Of a stretch of DNA of 64,000 bases, positions 63,754 through 64,000 are shown one piece after another. This DNA is from an uncultured Nitrospiraceae bacterium (GTDB lineage Bacteria > Nitrospirota > Thermodesulfovibrionia > Thermodesulfovibrionales > Dissulfurispiraceae). Location: the NCBI GenBank assembly GCA_963727805.1, contig CAVSHF010000003.1:736001-800000 (forward strand), written 5' to 3'. Numbering within the stretch: the stretch's first letter is position 1; each line of letters opens with the position of its first letter. The notes below the pieces were generated by a model. It had not been told where the DNA came from, did no database searches, and was given only the letters and a program-made list of their open reading frames with translations. The translations under genes were made by a program, and so were the position numbers.

Positions 63754-64000
63754 ACATATTCATTTTATAAGTTATAAGCCCAATTTTTTTGAAGGTAATG
63801 CGAACAATAATAAAAGGCATGCAGAACAGCGTGACATATGTCATTACATAACCAGCTAATGCTTCAACAAGCAGAACTCCATGCCATTTCATTTTAAACC
63901 ATCCCATAACACCTTCCTCTGGTACTGCAGACATCAGTTTTAATAAGTATCTTTCACCGGGTCTCCTGCAAAAAAGCTCCTTTTTCTACTGCTGCCCCGG

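Overview
A 64-kb accessory-rich bacterial region. The gene content points to an anaerobe of Nitrospirota/Deltaproteobacteria type; this is an inference. It contains signalling genes (Pat-type acetyltransferase, PilZ proteins, two GGDEF cyclases, an atypical kinase and an atypical response regulator) and a Mo/W cluster (three ModE-type wHTH genes, modABC, moeB/moaD, a modD remnant, mop, three TupA-like proteins). That cluster includes a selenocysteine formate dehydrogenase that the ORF track splits at an in-frame UGA. There is also a PerR/Fur-katG locus, an intact IS21, an IS110 with a bridge-RNA-like leader, and two apparently identical 638-nt ORF-less group II introns. The main candidate for an undescribed system lies at 54.2-61.0 kb. 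It is an array of unrelated, co-oriented small genes separated by six copies of a fixed-geometry non-coding element, CTACTTAWAATC-N29-ATRTTWC-N5-GWAAT, usually next to an extended -10 promoter. One copy is split in box 1 by the IS110, whose predicted guide partly matches that box. Another copy is split in box 2 by the group II intron, whose EBS1 matches that box. This resembles the way IS1111 elements and IIC introns parasitise integron attC sites, but the repeat is not an attC. All product calls come from motif recognition; no database searches were run.
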